Origin: a virus
Lineage: Duplodnaviria > Caudoviricetes
DNA length: 46,769 nt
IMG/VR virus record: IMGVR_UViG_3300030109_005594
Span: 1 to 46,769 of that record
Reading direction: 5' to 3' (one strand)
The position numbers and the translations under genes are program-made. This document shows positions 1 through 9,376 of this stretch, one piece after another; the stretch's first letter is position 1; every line of letters begins with the position of its first letter. The notes beneath the pieces were generated by a model. That model did no database searches. It saw only the letters and a program-made list of their open reading frames with translations, and was not told the DNA's origin.

Positions 1-28
1 TTCCCCCCTTTTTTAGAAAGGAAATAAA

Positions 29-331
29 ATGGATGCAAAAAAATTTAGTAAATGGGTGGCTGGGATTAGTTATCACCCAGTTCGTGGAGATGATCAATAC
101 GGAAATGCAGTGTATTTTATTTTTCCAAAATGGAGGAAATCTGATGATAAAAAATTAGCTAAGTGCACAAACATTATAGACACGTTTGACAAAGACAGCG
201 GAAAGTTTGTGGTGGTGGGCTGGGACTTTGCAAAATCGCTGGACCTAGATCCTTTGGACAACGATGGAGATCATCCTCTAAACTCCAAAGACCTAGACAC
301 TTTTTATAAATTTGTTGGACCTATAAACTAG
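29..331 (+). CDS. hypothetical early protein
   Basis: 100-aa ORF with strong AGAAAGGA RBS upstream and a terminator right after the stop. Confidence 0.75.
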   Translation: MDAKKFSKWVAGISYHPVRGDDQYGNAVYFIFPKWRKSDDKKLAKCTNIIDTFDKDSGKFVVVGWDFAKSLDLDPLDNDGDHPLNSKDLDTFYKFVGPIN

Positions 332-355
332 GGAGCTTCGGCTCCCTTTTCTTTT
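330..355 (+). terminator. intrinsic terminator
   Basis: AGGGAGC-TTCG-GCTCCCT hairpin (C(UUCG)G tetraloop) followed by TTTCTTTT. Confidence 0.85.
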
Positions 356-362
356 AAAAGAT

Positions 363-390
363 TTGACATCTCTGACCAATGGAGTATCAT
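363..390 (+). promoter_or_regulatory. sigma70-type early promoter
   Basis: TTGACA (363-368), 16-nt spacer, TATCAT (385-390). A related copy lies on the minus strand at ~40468-40495. Confidence 0.65.
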
Positions 391-430
391 TCTTTTGTCG
401 ATTTAAAAATAACTGAGAAAGGAAACAAAA

Positions 431-814
431 ATGGCTTATATTTCTACTGAAGACGTTAAAAAGATTCGGGTTGCTTTGAAAGAAAAGTTTGGTAAAAAAC
501 TAAAGTTTGGTGTTCGCAAAAATACGGGGCATCACTCTATAAATGTAACTATCAAATCTGGTGAGGTTGATTTTTCGGATTTAAATCGCAAAACTTATGG
601 TGGTGAACAAATTCAAATCAACCATTATCGCCTAGAGTTTTACGGGGATCACAAACCCCTGTTTGAGAAGATTATTGGAATCATCAAAACAGCACCAACT
701 CACCAGTGGTATGACAACAGTGACGCAATGATTGATCACTTTGACATCGCTTTTTATTTTAATTTGAGCATTGGTGACTGGAAAAAACCTTATTTGAGAA
801 AGGAAATTAGATGA
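431..814 (+). CDS. LPD29-like (large polyvalent protein-associated domain) early protein
   Basis: N-terminal KKIRVALKEKF..KFGVRK...HSINVT pattern and C-terminal YDNSDAMIDHFD resemble LPD29; RBS AGAAAGGA. Confidence 0.55.
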   Translation: MAYISTEDVKKIRVALKEKFGKKLKFGVRKNTGHHSINVTIKSGEVDFSDLNRKTYGGEQIQINHYRLEFYGDHKPLFEKIIGIIKTAPTHQWYDNSDAMIDHFDIAFYFNLSIGDWKKPYLRKEIR

Positions 815-963
815 ATACGGATAAAATGATTGAAAATTTTTCTTACGAAGAATCAAAGAAAAAGCCAGTCGAAGAACTTTCAATGTTTGAGTTAATTTTA
901 CAAATCAAAGAACTTTCTGACCAAATAAAAAAGAGAGATAAAAATGAAAAATCACATTCCTGA
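811..963 (+). CDS. small hypothetical protein (50 aa, MNTDKMIENF...)
   Basis: Translated by hand; GAGAAAGGA RBS; ATGA overlap with the upstream stop; fills the gap. Confidence 0.6.
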   Translation: MNTDKMIENFSYEESKKKPVEELSMFELILQIKELSDQIKKRDKNEKSHS

Positions 964-1390
964 AACTCGGCAGGTCACTGACTCGGCTGGAAATTGGAGA
1001 AAAACTTGGTGCGGTCCCTATGCCGTAGCCACAATTTGCAAAACAGATTACGAAACTCCGTACCAAATTATTCGCAAGTTGCGACAAAAACGACACGCCA
1101 AGGGAGTGTCAATGGAGAATATGGTTTCGGCTTGCTTTAGATTGGGATTTCATGGCAAATATGTAAAGCTAAACAAGCGTAGGAAAATGCAATATTTTTG
1201 CAAAGAGAGTTTGCAAAAAAATCAACTGTACATTGTCGAGGTTCAAAAACACGTTGTGGTCTTGGACACTAAAAACTGGACACTGATTGACAATCAGGTC
1301 ACCGAGTGGATTGAGCCTGAGAAGTCAAAATACTGGGGAAAGCAAGTTAAAGGTTACATTTCCTTCGAGGGAGATAAACATGGGTATTGA
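944..1390 (+). CDS. hypothetical protein, possible papain/C39-like cysteine peptidase fold
   Basis: WCGPYAVA helix with Cys, then a YIVEVQKHVVVLD strand with His/Asp. Confidence 0.45.
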   Translation: MKNHIPETRQVTDSAGNWRKTWCGPYAVATICKTDYETPYQIIRKLRQKRHAKGVSMENMVSACFRLGFHGKYVKLNKRRKMQYFCKESLQKNQLYIVEVQKHVVVLDTKNWTLIDNQVTEWIEPEKSKYWGKQVKGYISFEGDKHGY

Positions 1391-1772
1391 ACTTTTATGT
1401 CTATCTTTAATTTTATATCATGAGGCTCGTGGAGAGCCTCGTGTTGGGCAACTCGCTGTAGCTGAAGTGGTGTTGAATCGGGTAATCGACGGGCGGTACC
1501 CAAACACGGTTTGCGACGTTATGGAGCAAGAACGCAACGGTGTCTGTCATTTCTCGTTTTGGTGCGATGGGCTTTCCAACACTCCAGAGAACAAACAGCT
1601 TTGGGAGGAAGTCCAATTCACGGCAAGCCAAATGTTCTACACATTCCCAGAGTTAGATATGACCGAGGGAGCCACTCATTACCACCATATTGATATACTG
1701 CCAAAATGGGCAAAGAATTTGACAAAAATGGTTCAAATCGACAATCACATTTTTTATCGGTGGGAGAAATAA
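1380..1772 (+). CDS. cell wall hydrolase, SleB/Hydrolase_2 family
   Basis: LYHEARGE, GQLAVAEVVLNRV, YPNTVCDV, FSFWCDG, GATHYH, IDNHIFY; start set at ATG 1380 after GGGAG. Confidence 0.9.
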   Translation: MGIELLCLSLILYHEARGEPRVGQLAVAEVVLNRVIDGRYPNTVCDVMEQERNGVCHFSFWCDGLSNTPENKQLWEEVQFTASQMFYTFPELDMTEGATHYHHIDILPKWAKNLTKMVQIDNHIFYRWEK

Positions 1773-1872
1773 TCTTTTGGATATGGGCATCAATTCCGCT
1801 ATTTTGTTCGATTTTATGGCTAATTTTGTTGTATTTTGATTATGTTAAATTTTTTAATTAGAAAGGAATCAA

Positions 1873-2139
1873 ATGGAATTTTCAGATAGATATGGACCAC
1901 CTTTAGATCCAAAAGCATCTCCAGATCAGAATGAAATATTGGATTTGTGGTTGCGAAATATTACTTTTGAAGAGTTGTTTGACACATTTCAAGATTTGGA
2001 GAAAAAAGATTACGAGGCTCTTGCAAAAATATTCAACAGCCGAGGGTCTCGTGAAGAATTAGGAAGATGGTTAATGCAGAGAGTTTGCAGAATTATCGAA
2101 CAACATCCAGAGTTTTGGGAGAGATTTGATGAGAATTGA
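1873..2139 (+). CDS. hypothetical protein
   Basis: 88-aa ORF with AGAAAGGA RBS, overlapping the helicase start. Confidence 0.7.
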   Translation: MEFSDRYGPPLDPKASPDQNEILDLWLRNITFEELFDTFQDLEKKDYEALAKIFNSRGSREELGRWLMQRVCRIIEQHPEFWERFDEN

Positions 2140-3823
2140 AAAAAGTTTTGGCAAATTTTGCCTAGCAAAGCAAATTAAAATTGACAGTCAATCGATGGGG
2201 TGGATTTCTTCTCTGCCAAGTTACAAAAAATGGCAGGGGAGAGATCTTCTTTTCTCACCAACAGGTGCCAACCTCCAACACATCCAGCGACATTGCCCTA
2301 ATGCGGAGTGGCTTGGGGAGTCAGCTCAAATCTTGCAAGATTATTTGGATTCACAGCGTGAAGCGGATCAAAATCGAGCTAACAAAAACACAATTCTTGA
2401 GGCATCAGATTTTGCTTTTAAAACGGTGCCCTTTGACCATCAAAAACAGTCGTTTCTTTTGAGTCGAGATAAAAAGAATTTTGCTTTGCTGATGGAGCAG
2501 GGAACTGGGAAAACCAAGGTCATTATCGACACTGCGTCATATTTATATGCCAATGGCAAAATCAACACGCTGGTGGTAATTGCTCCCAATGGGGTGCACA
2601 GGAATTGGTTGACTCGTGAGGTTCCAGCACACCTGCCGGATTGGTGCCCATACGCCTCTGAATATTATTATTCGGGAATGAGGAAAGCGCACAGGCAAAA
2701 ATTTGAAACCGCCATGTATTCGAAGGATTGCCTAAAAATTTTGACGTTTAATGTCGAATGCTTTGTCAGCAAAATTGCAATTGATTACATGAACAAAATA
2801 TTGCTGGCGAATCACGTTATGTTGGTTGTAGATGAAAGCTCTCGGATCAAACGACCTTCAGCCAAGCGAACCAAGATGATTACAAAATTTAGCACAATGG
2901 CGAAATACAAACGGATTATGACCGGAACTCCGGTTACTAGAGGGGCAGAGGACGTTTACAGCCAGTTTAAATTCCTTGACCCTAACATCTTAGGCTATGA
3001 CAGCTTTTATTCGTTTAAGAGCCAATATTGCGTGATGGGAGGCTGGGAAAACAAGCAGATCGTGTCCTATCGCAAATTGAATGAGCTAACGAAAAGTATC
3101 GAAGGGCACAGCTACAGGGTTCTCAAGAAAGACTGTTTAGACTTGCCCAAGAAAATTTATCAACGGTATCCTATTGATTTGACCAAAAAACAGCGAGAAA
3201 TTTATGACACGCTCAAAAAGGAATTTGTCACCGAGCTTGAGGGCGAGAGGATGACAGCCCCTGAAGCAATCACTCGACTTCTCAGGCTTCAGCAAATCAT
3301 TTGTGGCTGGTTTCCCACCGAAGACAAAATTTTGCCAATCGAAGGCAAAAATCCCCGATTGGAGGCATTAAATCAAATATTATCTGAAATTGACTCCAAG
3401 GTGATTATCTGGGCACGTTTTAAAGCCGATTTAAGGGCTATAGAAGCGTCTTTAGCTGACAAAGCTGTCAGTTACCACGGTGATGTGTCTAACGAGGCAC
3501 GAGAGGACGCTGTAGAGCGTTTCCAGAATGATCCCAAAATCCAATATTTTATTGGTCAGCCACAATCCGGTGGAATAGGGCTAACACTGACCGCAGCAGA
3601 GTATGCGATTTATTACAGCAATTCTTTTGACCTGGAGACTCGATTGCAGTCTGAGGATAGGTGTCACCGGATCGGCACCACAACTAACGTCACTTACATC
3701 GACATCGAGGCATCAAAAACGATTGACAGCAAGATTATCAAATCGCTTCGGACAAAAAAATCATTGGCAGATATTGTCAATGCCGACCCAATGTCGATCT
3801 TTTTGGAGGAGGAATCAGAGTGA
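2126..3823 (+). CDS. SNF2-family (SF2) helicase
   Basis: MEQGTGKT (motif I), VVDESS (II), TGTP (III), GGIGLTLT (V), QSEDRCHRIG (VI). Confidence 0.93.
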   Translation: MMRIEKSFGKFCLAKQIKIDSQSMGWISSLPSYKKWQGRDLLFSPTGANLQHIQRHCPNAEWLGESAQILQDYLDSQREADQNRANKNTILEASDFAFKTVPFDHQKQSFLLSRDKKNFALLMEQGTGKTKVIIDTASYLYANGKINTLVVIAPNGVHRNWLTREVPAHLPDWCPYASEYYYSGMRKAHRQKFETAMYSKDCLKILTFNVECFVSKIAIDYMNKILLANHVMLVVDESSRIKRPSAKRTKMITKFSTMAKYKRIMTGTPVTRGAEDVYSQFKFLDPNILGYDSFYSFKSQYCVMGGWENKQIVSYRKLNELTKSIEGHSYRVLKKDCLDLPKKIYQRYPIDLTKKQREIYDTLKKEFVTELEGERMTAPEAITRLLRLQQIICGWFPTEDKILPIEGKNPRLEALNQILSEIDSKVIIWARFKADLRAIEASLADKAVSYHGDVSNEAREDAVERFQNDPKIQYFIGQPQSGGIGLTLTAAEYAIYYSNSFDLETRLQSEDRCHRIGTTTNVTYIDIEASKTIDSKIIKSLRTKKSLADIVNADPMSIFLEEESE

Positions 3824-4230
3824 GTGAAAGAAATTTTTGGCTCTTGTTAAAGGGTGCACTGGGTATGCACATGTATCGGATTGAAAATAAAATGGCTTCA
3901 GGAACGCCTGATATTCATTTTATTCACAAAGGAATTTCCGGCTGGATCGAATTGAAATATATTTCTGATTGGTCAAAGAAGGCAATATTTTGTGGTTTGA
4001 GTCGCAGCCAGGTTTTATGGTTGCAGGACTATTCTTTGCAGGGTGGCAACTGCTGGATTTTGATCCGGGTTGGTCGTGAATCAATCGCAGTGGTGCATGG
4101 ATCAAAAGCCAATCAACTGCTGAAGAGCGTCACGATTGAAGAGTTTTTCAAGACGATGGCTTGGTACAAGACTGGTAAAATGACTGAGGACGATTGGCTA
4201 CAGCTTACCGGGGTTCTGTTGAACTTATAA
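3820..4230 (+). CDS. VRR-NUC / Holliday-junction resolvase-like PD-(D/E)xK nuclease
   Basis: MSE..FW, RIE, GTPD, WIELK, LSRSQVLW motifs; next to the SNF2 helicase. Confidence 0.8.
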   Translation: MSERNFWLLLKGALGMHMYRIENKMASGTPDIHFIHKGISGWIELKYISDWSKKAIFCGLSRSQVLWLQDYSLQGGNCWILIRVGRESIAVVHGSKANQLLKSVTIEEFFKTMAWYKTGKMTEDDWLQLTGVLLNL

Positions 4231-6277
4231 CTTTCTCTCTAGTGGCATCAGTCATCCCCGATATCAGATCTCTCACCATATCGATTCCGGGTATTGAAGT
4301 GATTGCCTCTGTTCTTGGCTGAGAAGCACCAAACCCAGTTCCCACAAGCCTATTGACTAAACTCGATATTCTTAAACCAAGTTGCTCTATTGCTGTTTCG
4401 TCTGTTAATGCTTTTTTAATTATATCAGAGTTTTCTTCTATAATTAGCTCAGATATCTTAACCAGCTCTTCGTCTGTAAATTTAGGAGCATTTTGGTCAG
4501 GAAATAAACCGCCAATTACACTTCTGACTGCAGGAAGATCTGTTCCCCCGGACGCAACCGTTCTTGCTAAATTAGCAAGACTGCTTTTAACACCAACTCT
4601 TTTTGATGCCTCTTCAATAGGAGCTGTTTTAGATCCTTTTGATGCTGAGGCTAAACTTTCTGCTTTAATTGTTTTCATCATTTGATTCATCTTTCTTACA
4701 ATTCCATCAAACGACTCCCCAGGATAAATAATTTCTAATATAACTCGTTCAGCTCTAACAGCGTCTTTAGTGTCTGTCATTGCACCTACTGTTGAAATTT
4801 TTCTGGCACTTTGAGATCTTCTTTTTAATGCTTTAGCCACTCCTGTTCTTACTGCTTCGATCTGATCTGGCTTACCATCAGAAAGAATTTTATTAAAAAA
4901 GATTTCAAACATTTCAGGGTCTGTCTTAAATGCTTTTTCACCTTCTTTATAATTATCCACTAACTGTTTAATATTAGCCCAATTATATCTAGTTTGTTTT
5001 AAATCAGGAGATAGCTCGTCAACAATTTTCTTAATATTATTTTCATAACCTGCAAAAGTTGTAGCAAGATCTGTGTTTCCTTGCCTTATTGCTCCACCTC
5101 TAACATCCATAAAAGCTCTTTTAATAATTTCACCATCTTCTAAAGTCAGCTCTCTTGTAAGCTCCAGCTCTTTAGTTTTTTTATTAATTTTGAAAAGTGG
5201 CTTTCTGCCTTTTACATCCATGTATTTGTTTATTAAATTCCGAGAAGCTCTTCGGTCTTTTGTGTGATTTAATACCCATTCGCTTATCTGGTCATAAGTT
5301 TTGCTGCCTTCGGATTTAAATATTTTGTTATATGCTTGAGATTCTTTTTTCAATAAATCTTTCTCATTATTAGAAAATGTTTCATAGATATTAGCTGTTT
5401 TTTGATTAGGTGCTAGGTCTTTAGTAAAAGAATCAAAAACGTCTTTAGTAAATTTAGATCTTCTTTTTTCTAGCGTTTCAGTTATAATTCCCGCTCCTGG
5501 TCCAGCCTGCCTTGCAAAGCCAGCAACTGCAGTTGCAGCCTCATCAGACATTTCGGGTATTATCTCGCCAGCATTAATTTTTTCTATAACTTCATCAACA
5601 GTAAGTCCGCCATCTGCGATGATTCTTATTAGCTCGTCCTCTACTTTTTTTCCAACTTTTCCTGGAAGTCTTTCTTTAATAGAGGTGAATAGAGGAGTTA
5701 TGGCAGCAATGGTTTTTTGACCTAATTTAGCCAGTGCCGGATTTAATACTGCACCCAAAGCAACGTCCACTGGTGCATCTATAACACTCTCAAAACCCTC
5801 TCGCTCAGAACGACCTGTGCCTGATGCCAAACCCTGTGCTGCTCCAATAGCTGCAAGTCTAGCTGCGGTAACAGCGACGGAGCCACCAGCTGTAAACGGG
5901 GCAGCAGCAACAGACGGTAATATTGCCCCACCAACTTCATATTTAAAACTTCCTGGCTTTTCCCGAGCAATCCTATTTTGCTCTCTTTCGTAAGCCAAAG
6001 AATCTTCATAAGTAAGCGAAGGGGAAAGTGATTTTATTCGAGCAATCATTTCATCACTCCAGTCAAAAGTAAACCCTTGACCAATCAGCCTAAGTTTATC
6101 AAAAACCGTCAGCTCTTCTGGACCTTTCCCTTCCCGATCCAACAACTCTAAATCAGCAAGCAGTTCTTCTCTAGAGACTGGTTCGGTTTCTGTATCATCA
6201 GGAGAATCTAAGTCTGCAAGACTTTTTAGCATCTCGTCTTTTTCGTCAACAACTCCGTCGTTATTTAAATCTTCCAT
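4205..6277 (-). CDS. putative internal virion / DNA ejection protein
   Basis: 690 aa, last gene of the virion operon; GQGFTFDWSDE motif followed by a Gly/Ala-rich hydrophobic segment, typical of podophage ejection proteins. Confidence 0.6.
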   Translation of the reverse strand: MEDLNNDGVVDEKDEMLKSLADLDSPDDTETEPVSREELLADLELLDREGKGPEELTVFDKLRLIGQGFTFDWSDEMIARIKSLSPSLTYEDSLAYEREQNRIAREKPGSFKYEVGGAILPSVAAAPFTAGGSVAVTAARLAAIGAAQGLASGTGRSEREGFESVIDAPVDVALGAVLNPALAKLGQKTIAAITPLFTSIKERLPGKVGKKVEDELIRIIADGGLTVDEVIEKINAGEIIPEMSDEAATAVAGFARQAGPGAGIITETLEKRRSKFTKDVFDSFTKDLAPNQKTANIYETFSNNEKDLLKKESQAYNKIFKSEGSKTYDQISEWVLNHTKDRRASRNLINKYMDVKGRKPLFKINKKTKELELTRELTLEDGEIIKRAFMDVRGGAIRQGNTDLATTFAGYENNIKKIVDELSPDLKQTRYNWANIKQLVDNYKEGEKAFKTDPEMFEIFFNKILSDGKPDQIEAVRTGVAKALKRRSQSARKISTVGAMTDTKDAVRAERVILEIIYPGESFDGIVRKMNQMMKTIKAESLASASKGSKTAPIEEASKRVGVKSSLANLARTVASGGTDLPAVRSVIGGLFPDQNAPKFTDEELVKISELIIEENSDIIKKALTDETAIEQLGLRISSLVNRLVGTGFGASQPRTEAITSIPGIDMVRDLISGMTDATREKVISSTEPR

Positions 6278-8076
6278 TATTCTTTTTTCCTTCTTTTGAT
6301 CTCGTCTCTTATAAGTTTTAATTGATTTTCAGTTAATTGATCTTCTGGAAGCATTAAATAGAAACCCAGATCGACATTATCCATTGCCCTAAGTTTTTTC
6401 TTAATTTGCTGTAAATTACCTTTAGGGAAACTTCCGTAAATTTTAAGAGTGCTTTTGTTATTTTCGTCAACATATTTATTAGGCTGTGCAAAAAAGTCTC
6501 TAGTTCCGGTGTAACCCATTGCGTTCATCTCTTTGTTAAGACCATCATTAAGTATTTCTAAATTACCAACCTCGTCCTTATAATATTCAAATGCTGCGTC
6601 TCGGAAACTTTTACGTTGTAAATCGGTTAAACTTCCTCCACCCTTTAAAGATGTAACAGTGTTTATGAGATAGTCCGCTGCACCACCTGTTGCTCTTGCT
6701 TGCTGTTGCTCGCCTTCTCGCACAACAGATCTAGGGTCTAGCATTTTCATATAAGCAAATATCATACTAAGGTCAGCAACTTGAGGCTTATCAACTTTGT
6801 AAGCTAGTTCGTAAGAGGTATTGACTTTGTTGAAATTAGTCTGAAGGTCTTTGTATTGTTTATATGTATGGTCTTTTGTATAAATATTTCTATATATATT
6901 ATATTGCTCGATTTGACTTTTAGGTGGCGGTGCAGGATCAATTGAAACTCCTGTTTCAGACTGCCTTGTTATAACTTCAGCATCAGTTAAAAATTTTCTT
7001 TCTACCTTACCTTTAGCATCAGTGATCTGGTAAAATTTTCTAGGTTCTGCTTTTTCCTCAGGAGCTGGCTTTGTTAAGCTGTACCCGATGAAGTCTGAGT
7101 TATCTGTTCTAATTTCACCTGTTTCAGTAAAAATCTGATCATATTGATATTTGTTCGTAATTGGTACTTCTCTGCCATCTTTGTGAAAGATACTGAAACT
7201 TGTAAATGGTTTTGGTTTTGTACTGGAGAATCCTGATTCCTTTTTATCGTAACCTTTCTCATTTTTACTAAGTAATGCTATTCTGAATTCTTCTGGAGAA
7301 TAAACTGTCCGTTCATTACCATAGATATCATAAACTTTTCTCTCAAACTTTTCAGCTTTTTCAGTCAGTCTAAGACCAGTTATGTTATTGCCTATTATAA
7401 GATCTTTTGTTTGTGAATCGTACAGAGGCACACTACTGCCTTTTGTGTAGGTTGGGTTTACTCCTTCAATCTTTTTATTTGTGTATTTATCAGTCTCAGG
7501 GTCGAGCCAATAATCTTCTGTAAATGTATAGAATGTTGGCTTTCCTATTTCCTGTTCATTATAACCCAATAAACTTCCAGGTGGGAACTGTCCTCGCTCG
7601 GCTGAATTAAGATTAATTGGCTCTCCTTTAGGATAATCTGCAACTCTGCCATCTGCTGGTTCAACAGAAACATATTTTCCATTTTCTAACCAAATATCCT
7701 GTGTGGGTGTATAATCAGCATAAGATCCTGGCTTGGACTTCATAAGTGTCGCAACTTGAAGCACATCGCCAATAGCTGGCTGACCTGCCCTTCGCTCTTC
7801 TTCTTTTTTCTGCAGCAAATAAGCGGTTGGCGATTGCAAAGCTGTGGCTGCAGACCCTAACAAAGTGGCTCCAGGCTTAGAAGCCTCTTCAGCCATCTTA
7901 GAAAAATACAGAAGCATTGCTAAATTTTTGTCAACAGGCTCTGGCTTAGGTTGAAGTGATGTTACAAATTCTTTAGCTTGATTTAACTGTTGTGGAGTAA
8001 CATTGAGACTGCCATACAATAACTCGTTTAAACGTGTGTTAGCAACCCCAAATTCGTTGTTGTTGTTTTCAGCCAT
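6277..8076 (-). CDS. putative internal virion / DNA ejection protein
   Basis: 599 aa; DLSMIFAYMKMLDPRSVVREGE motif seen in podophage ejection proteins; gene position. Confidence 0.6.
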   Translation of the reverse strand: MAENNNNEFGVANTRLNELLYGSLNVTPQQLNQAKEFVTSLQPKPEPVDKNLAMLLYFSKMAEEASKPGATLLGSAATALQSPTAYLLQKKEEERRAGQPAIGDVLQVATLMKSKPGSYADYTPTQDIWLENGKYVSVEPADGRVADYPKGEPINLNSAERGQFPPGSLLGYNEQEIGKPTFYTFTEDYWLDPETDKYTNKKIEGVNPTYTKGSSVPLYDSQTKDLIIGNNITGLRLTEKAEKFERKVYDIYGNERTVYSPEEFRIALLSKNEKGYDKKESGFSSTKPKPFTSFSIFHKDGREVPITNKYQYDQIFTETGEIRTDNSDFIGYSLTKPAPEEKAEPRKFYQITDAKGKVERKFLTDAEVITRQSETGVSIDPAPPPKSQIEQYNIYRNIYTKDHTYKQYKDLQTNFNKVNTSYELAYKVDKPQVADLSMIFAYMKMLDPRSVVREGEQQQARATGGAADYLINTVTSLKGGGSLTDLQRKSFRDAAFEYYKDEVGNLEILNDGLNKEMNAMGYTGTRDFFAQPNKYVDENNKSTLKIYGSFPKGNLQQIKKKLRAMDNVDLGFYLMLPEDQLTENQLKLIRDEIKRRKKE

Positions 8077-8084
8077 AATTTATC

Positions 8085-9374
8085 CTATGTAAACATCTTA
8101 TAGGCACCGTACAGGCTACCTAAACCGCCAATCGTTTGACCATACACGCTTGGACTTTGAACATATTGCTGTCCCTGACTCAAACTGTATTGCTTTGTGT
8201 CATACGGAACACCCTTCAGTGCACCAAGTGCAAACTTTAACATTTCCTGTGGATACTGCTGTTGCTGAACAAAATCCGCATAAGCCAAATCTAGTGCCCT
8301 CTGATCTAATGATCTTCTAGCCTCACCAGCACTAATTAAACCTGCAGCTTGTTGCTGTTGAAGACTTTGGATTAGTGGAGCCATTTGTGTCAAAACTTTT
8401 TGTTGTGCCAATCGAGCTGATTCTTCTGTCTCAAACCCTGCCCTTGCAGCCTCTTCTGCAGCTAACCGGGCTTGAACATCTGTCTCATACTGCCCTCGTT
8501 TAAGTTGCTCGGCTTGGAATCTTGCAGCTCTGTCTCTTTCAGCTTGACTAGCCCCAAACTGTAACCCTTCAACGGCAGCCGTCTTCCGCAAATCCCCAGC
8601 CCTACGAGCTTGCTCACTAATTCCCATTTGTCTTTGAATCTCAGCTCTTGATCCCCCAAATGCCCCAGCTTGTGCTGCTTGTGCTGCATCAACATTTCTT
8701 TGCAAATCAAATTGTCTTTGAATCTCTTCAACAGCAGGGTCAACCGCTTGCTGAAACAAATTTGCATAGCGATTCAAATCCTGCCCAGTGTTCAATAGTT
8801 CTTGTCGAGTTGCCCCTCGATATCCCGGTGAAACATAATCGCTCTGGGTCGCCATTTCTTGTTGTTGAATTGGATCAACCATTGGAGGAGGAGGGACTGG
8901 CTCTTCTTCAGCTCTGAATTGAATTGGATCAACCATTGGAGGAGAGACTGGCTCTTCAGCTCTAAATTGAATTGGATCAATCATTGGAGGAGGAGGGACT
9001 GGCTCTCCAAACTGAGGTGCAGGTTGAAATTGCATATCCCTGGCTGGGTCATACCCAAGCAGTTGGCTGGTAGAAGATTTTTGATACCCTTGACCTAATT
9101 GACCAGCAGCCTGACCAGCTTGATTTACAAATTGATTGTAAGAGTCTCTTCCCAGAATCCCCATTGCACGCTGCTCTTCTGGACTTAATTTATTGCCGTT
9201 GTAGCTTGCAACTCTTGACCCGGTGTATTGTGGAAACGGGGATCTTGCTAATTCAGCGGATTGTTGAAACAGTCTTTTCCCAGCCTCAGACACCCATTGT
9301 GGAATTTGAGTTCCAGTCACAGCCTTGGTTGAAGTTGGTAAATTTTGAACACTTGCCGTACACATTGATCCCAT
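8085..9374 (-). CDS. putative DNA transfer (pilot/ejection) protein
   Basis: Q/A-rich, AQAGAFGGSR motif, C-terminal QTIGGLGSLYGA; follows the GNAT gene. Confidence 0.65.
   Translation of the reverse strand: MGSMCTASVQNLPTSTKAVTGTQIPQWVSEAGKRLFQQSAELARSPFPQYTGSRVASYNGNKLSPEEQRAMGILGRDSYNQFVNQAGQAAGQLGQGYQKSSTSQLLGYDPARDMQFQPAPQFGEPVPPPPMIDPIQFRAEEPVSPPMVDPIQFRAEEEPVPPPPMVDPIQQQEMATQSDYVSPGYRGATRQELLNTGQDLNRYANLFQQAVDPAVEEIQRQFDLQRNVDAAQAAQAGAFGGSRAEIQRQMGISEQARRAGDLRKTAAVEGLQFGASQAERDRAARFQAEQLKRGQYETDVQARLAAEEAARAGFETEESARLAQQKVLTQMAPLIQSLQQQQAAGLISAGEARRSLDQRALDLAYADFVQQQQYPQEMLKFALGALKGVPYDTKQYSLSQGQQYVQSPSVYGQTIGGLGSLYGAYKMFT
8865..9006 (-). repeat. in-frame tandem repeat (3 copies, ~45-51 bp) encoding EPV(P/S)PP(PP)M(I/V)DPIQ
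   Basis: TTGAATTGGATCAA(C/T)CATTGGAGGAG...GACTGGCTCT occurs three times. Confidence 0.9.
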
Positions 9375-9376
9375 TT

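Noticed and set aside
8865-9006. Possible CRISPR-like array
   Set aside because: Repeats are contiguous, in frame and coding, with no unique spacers or cas genes
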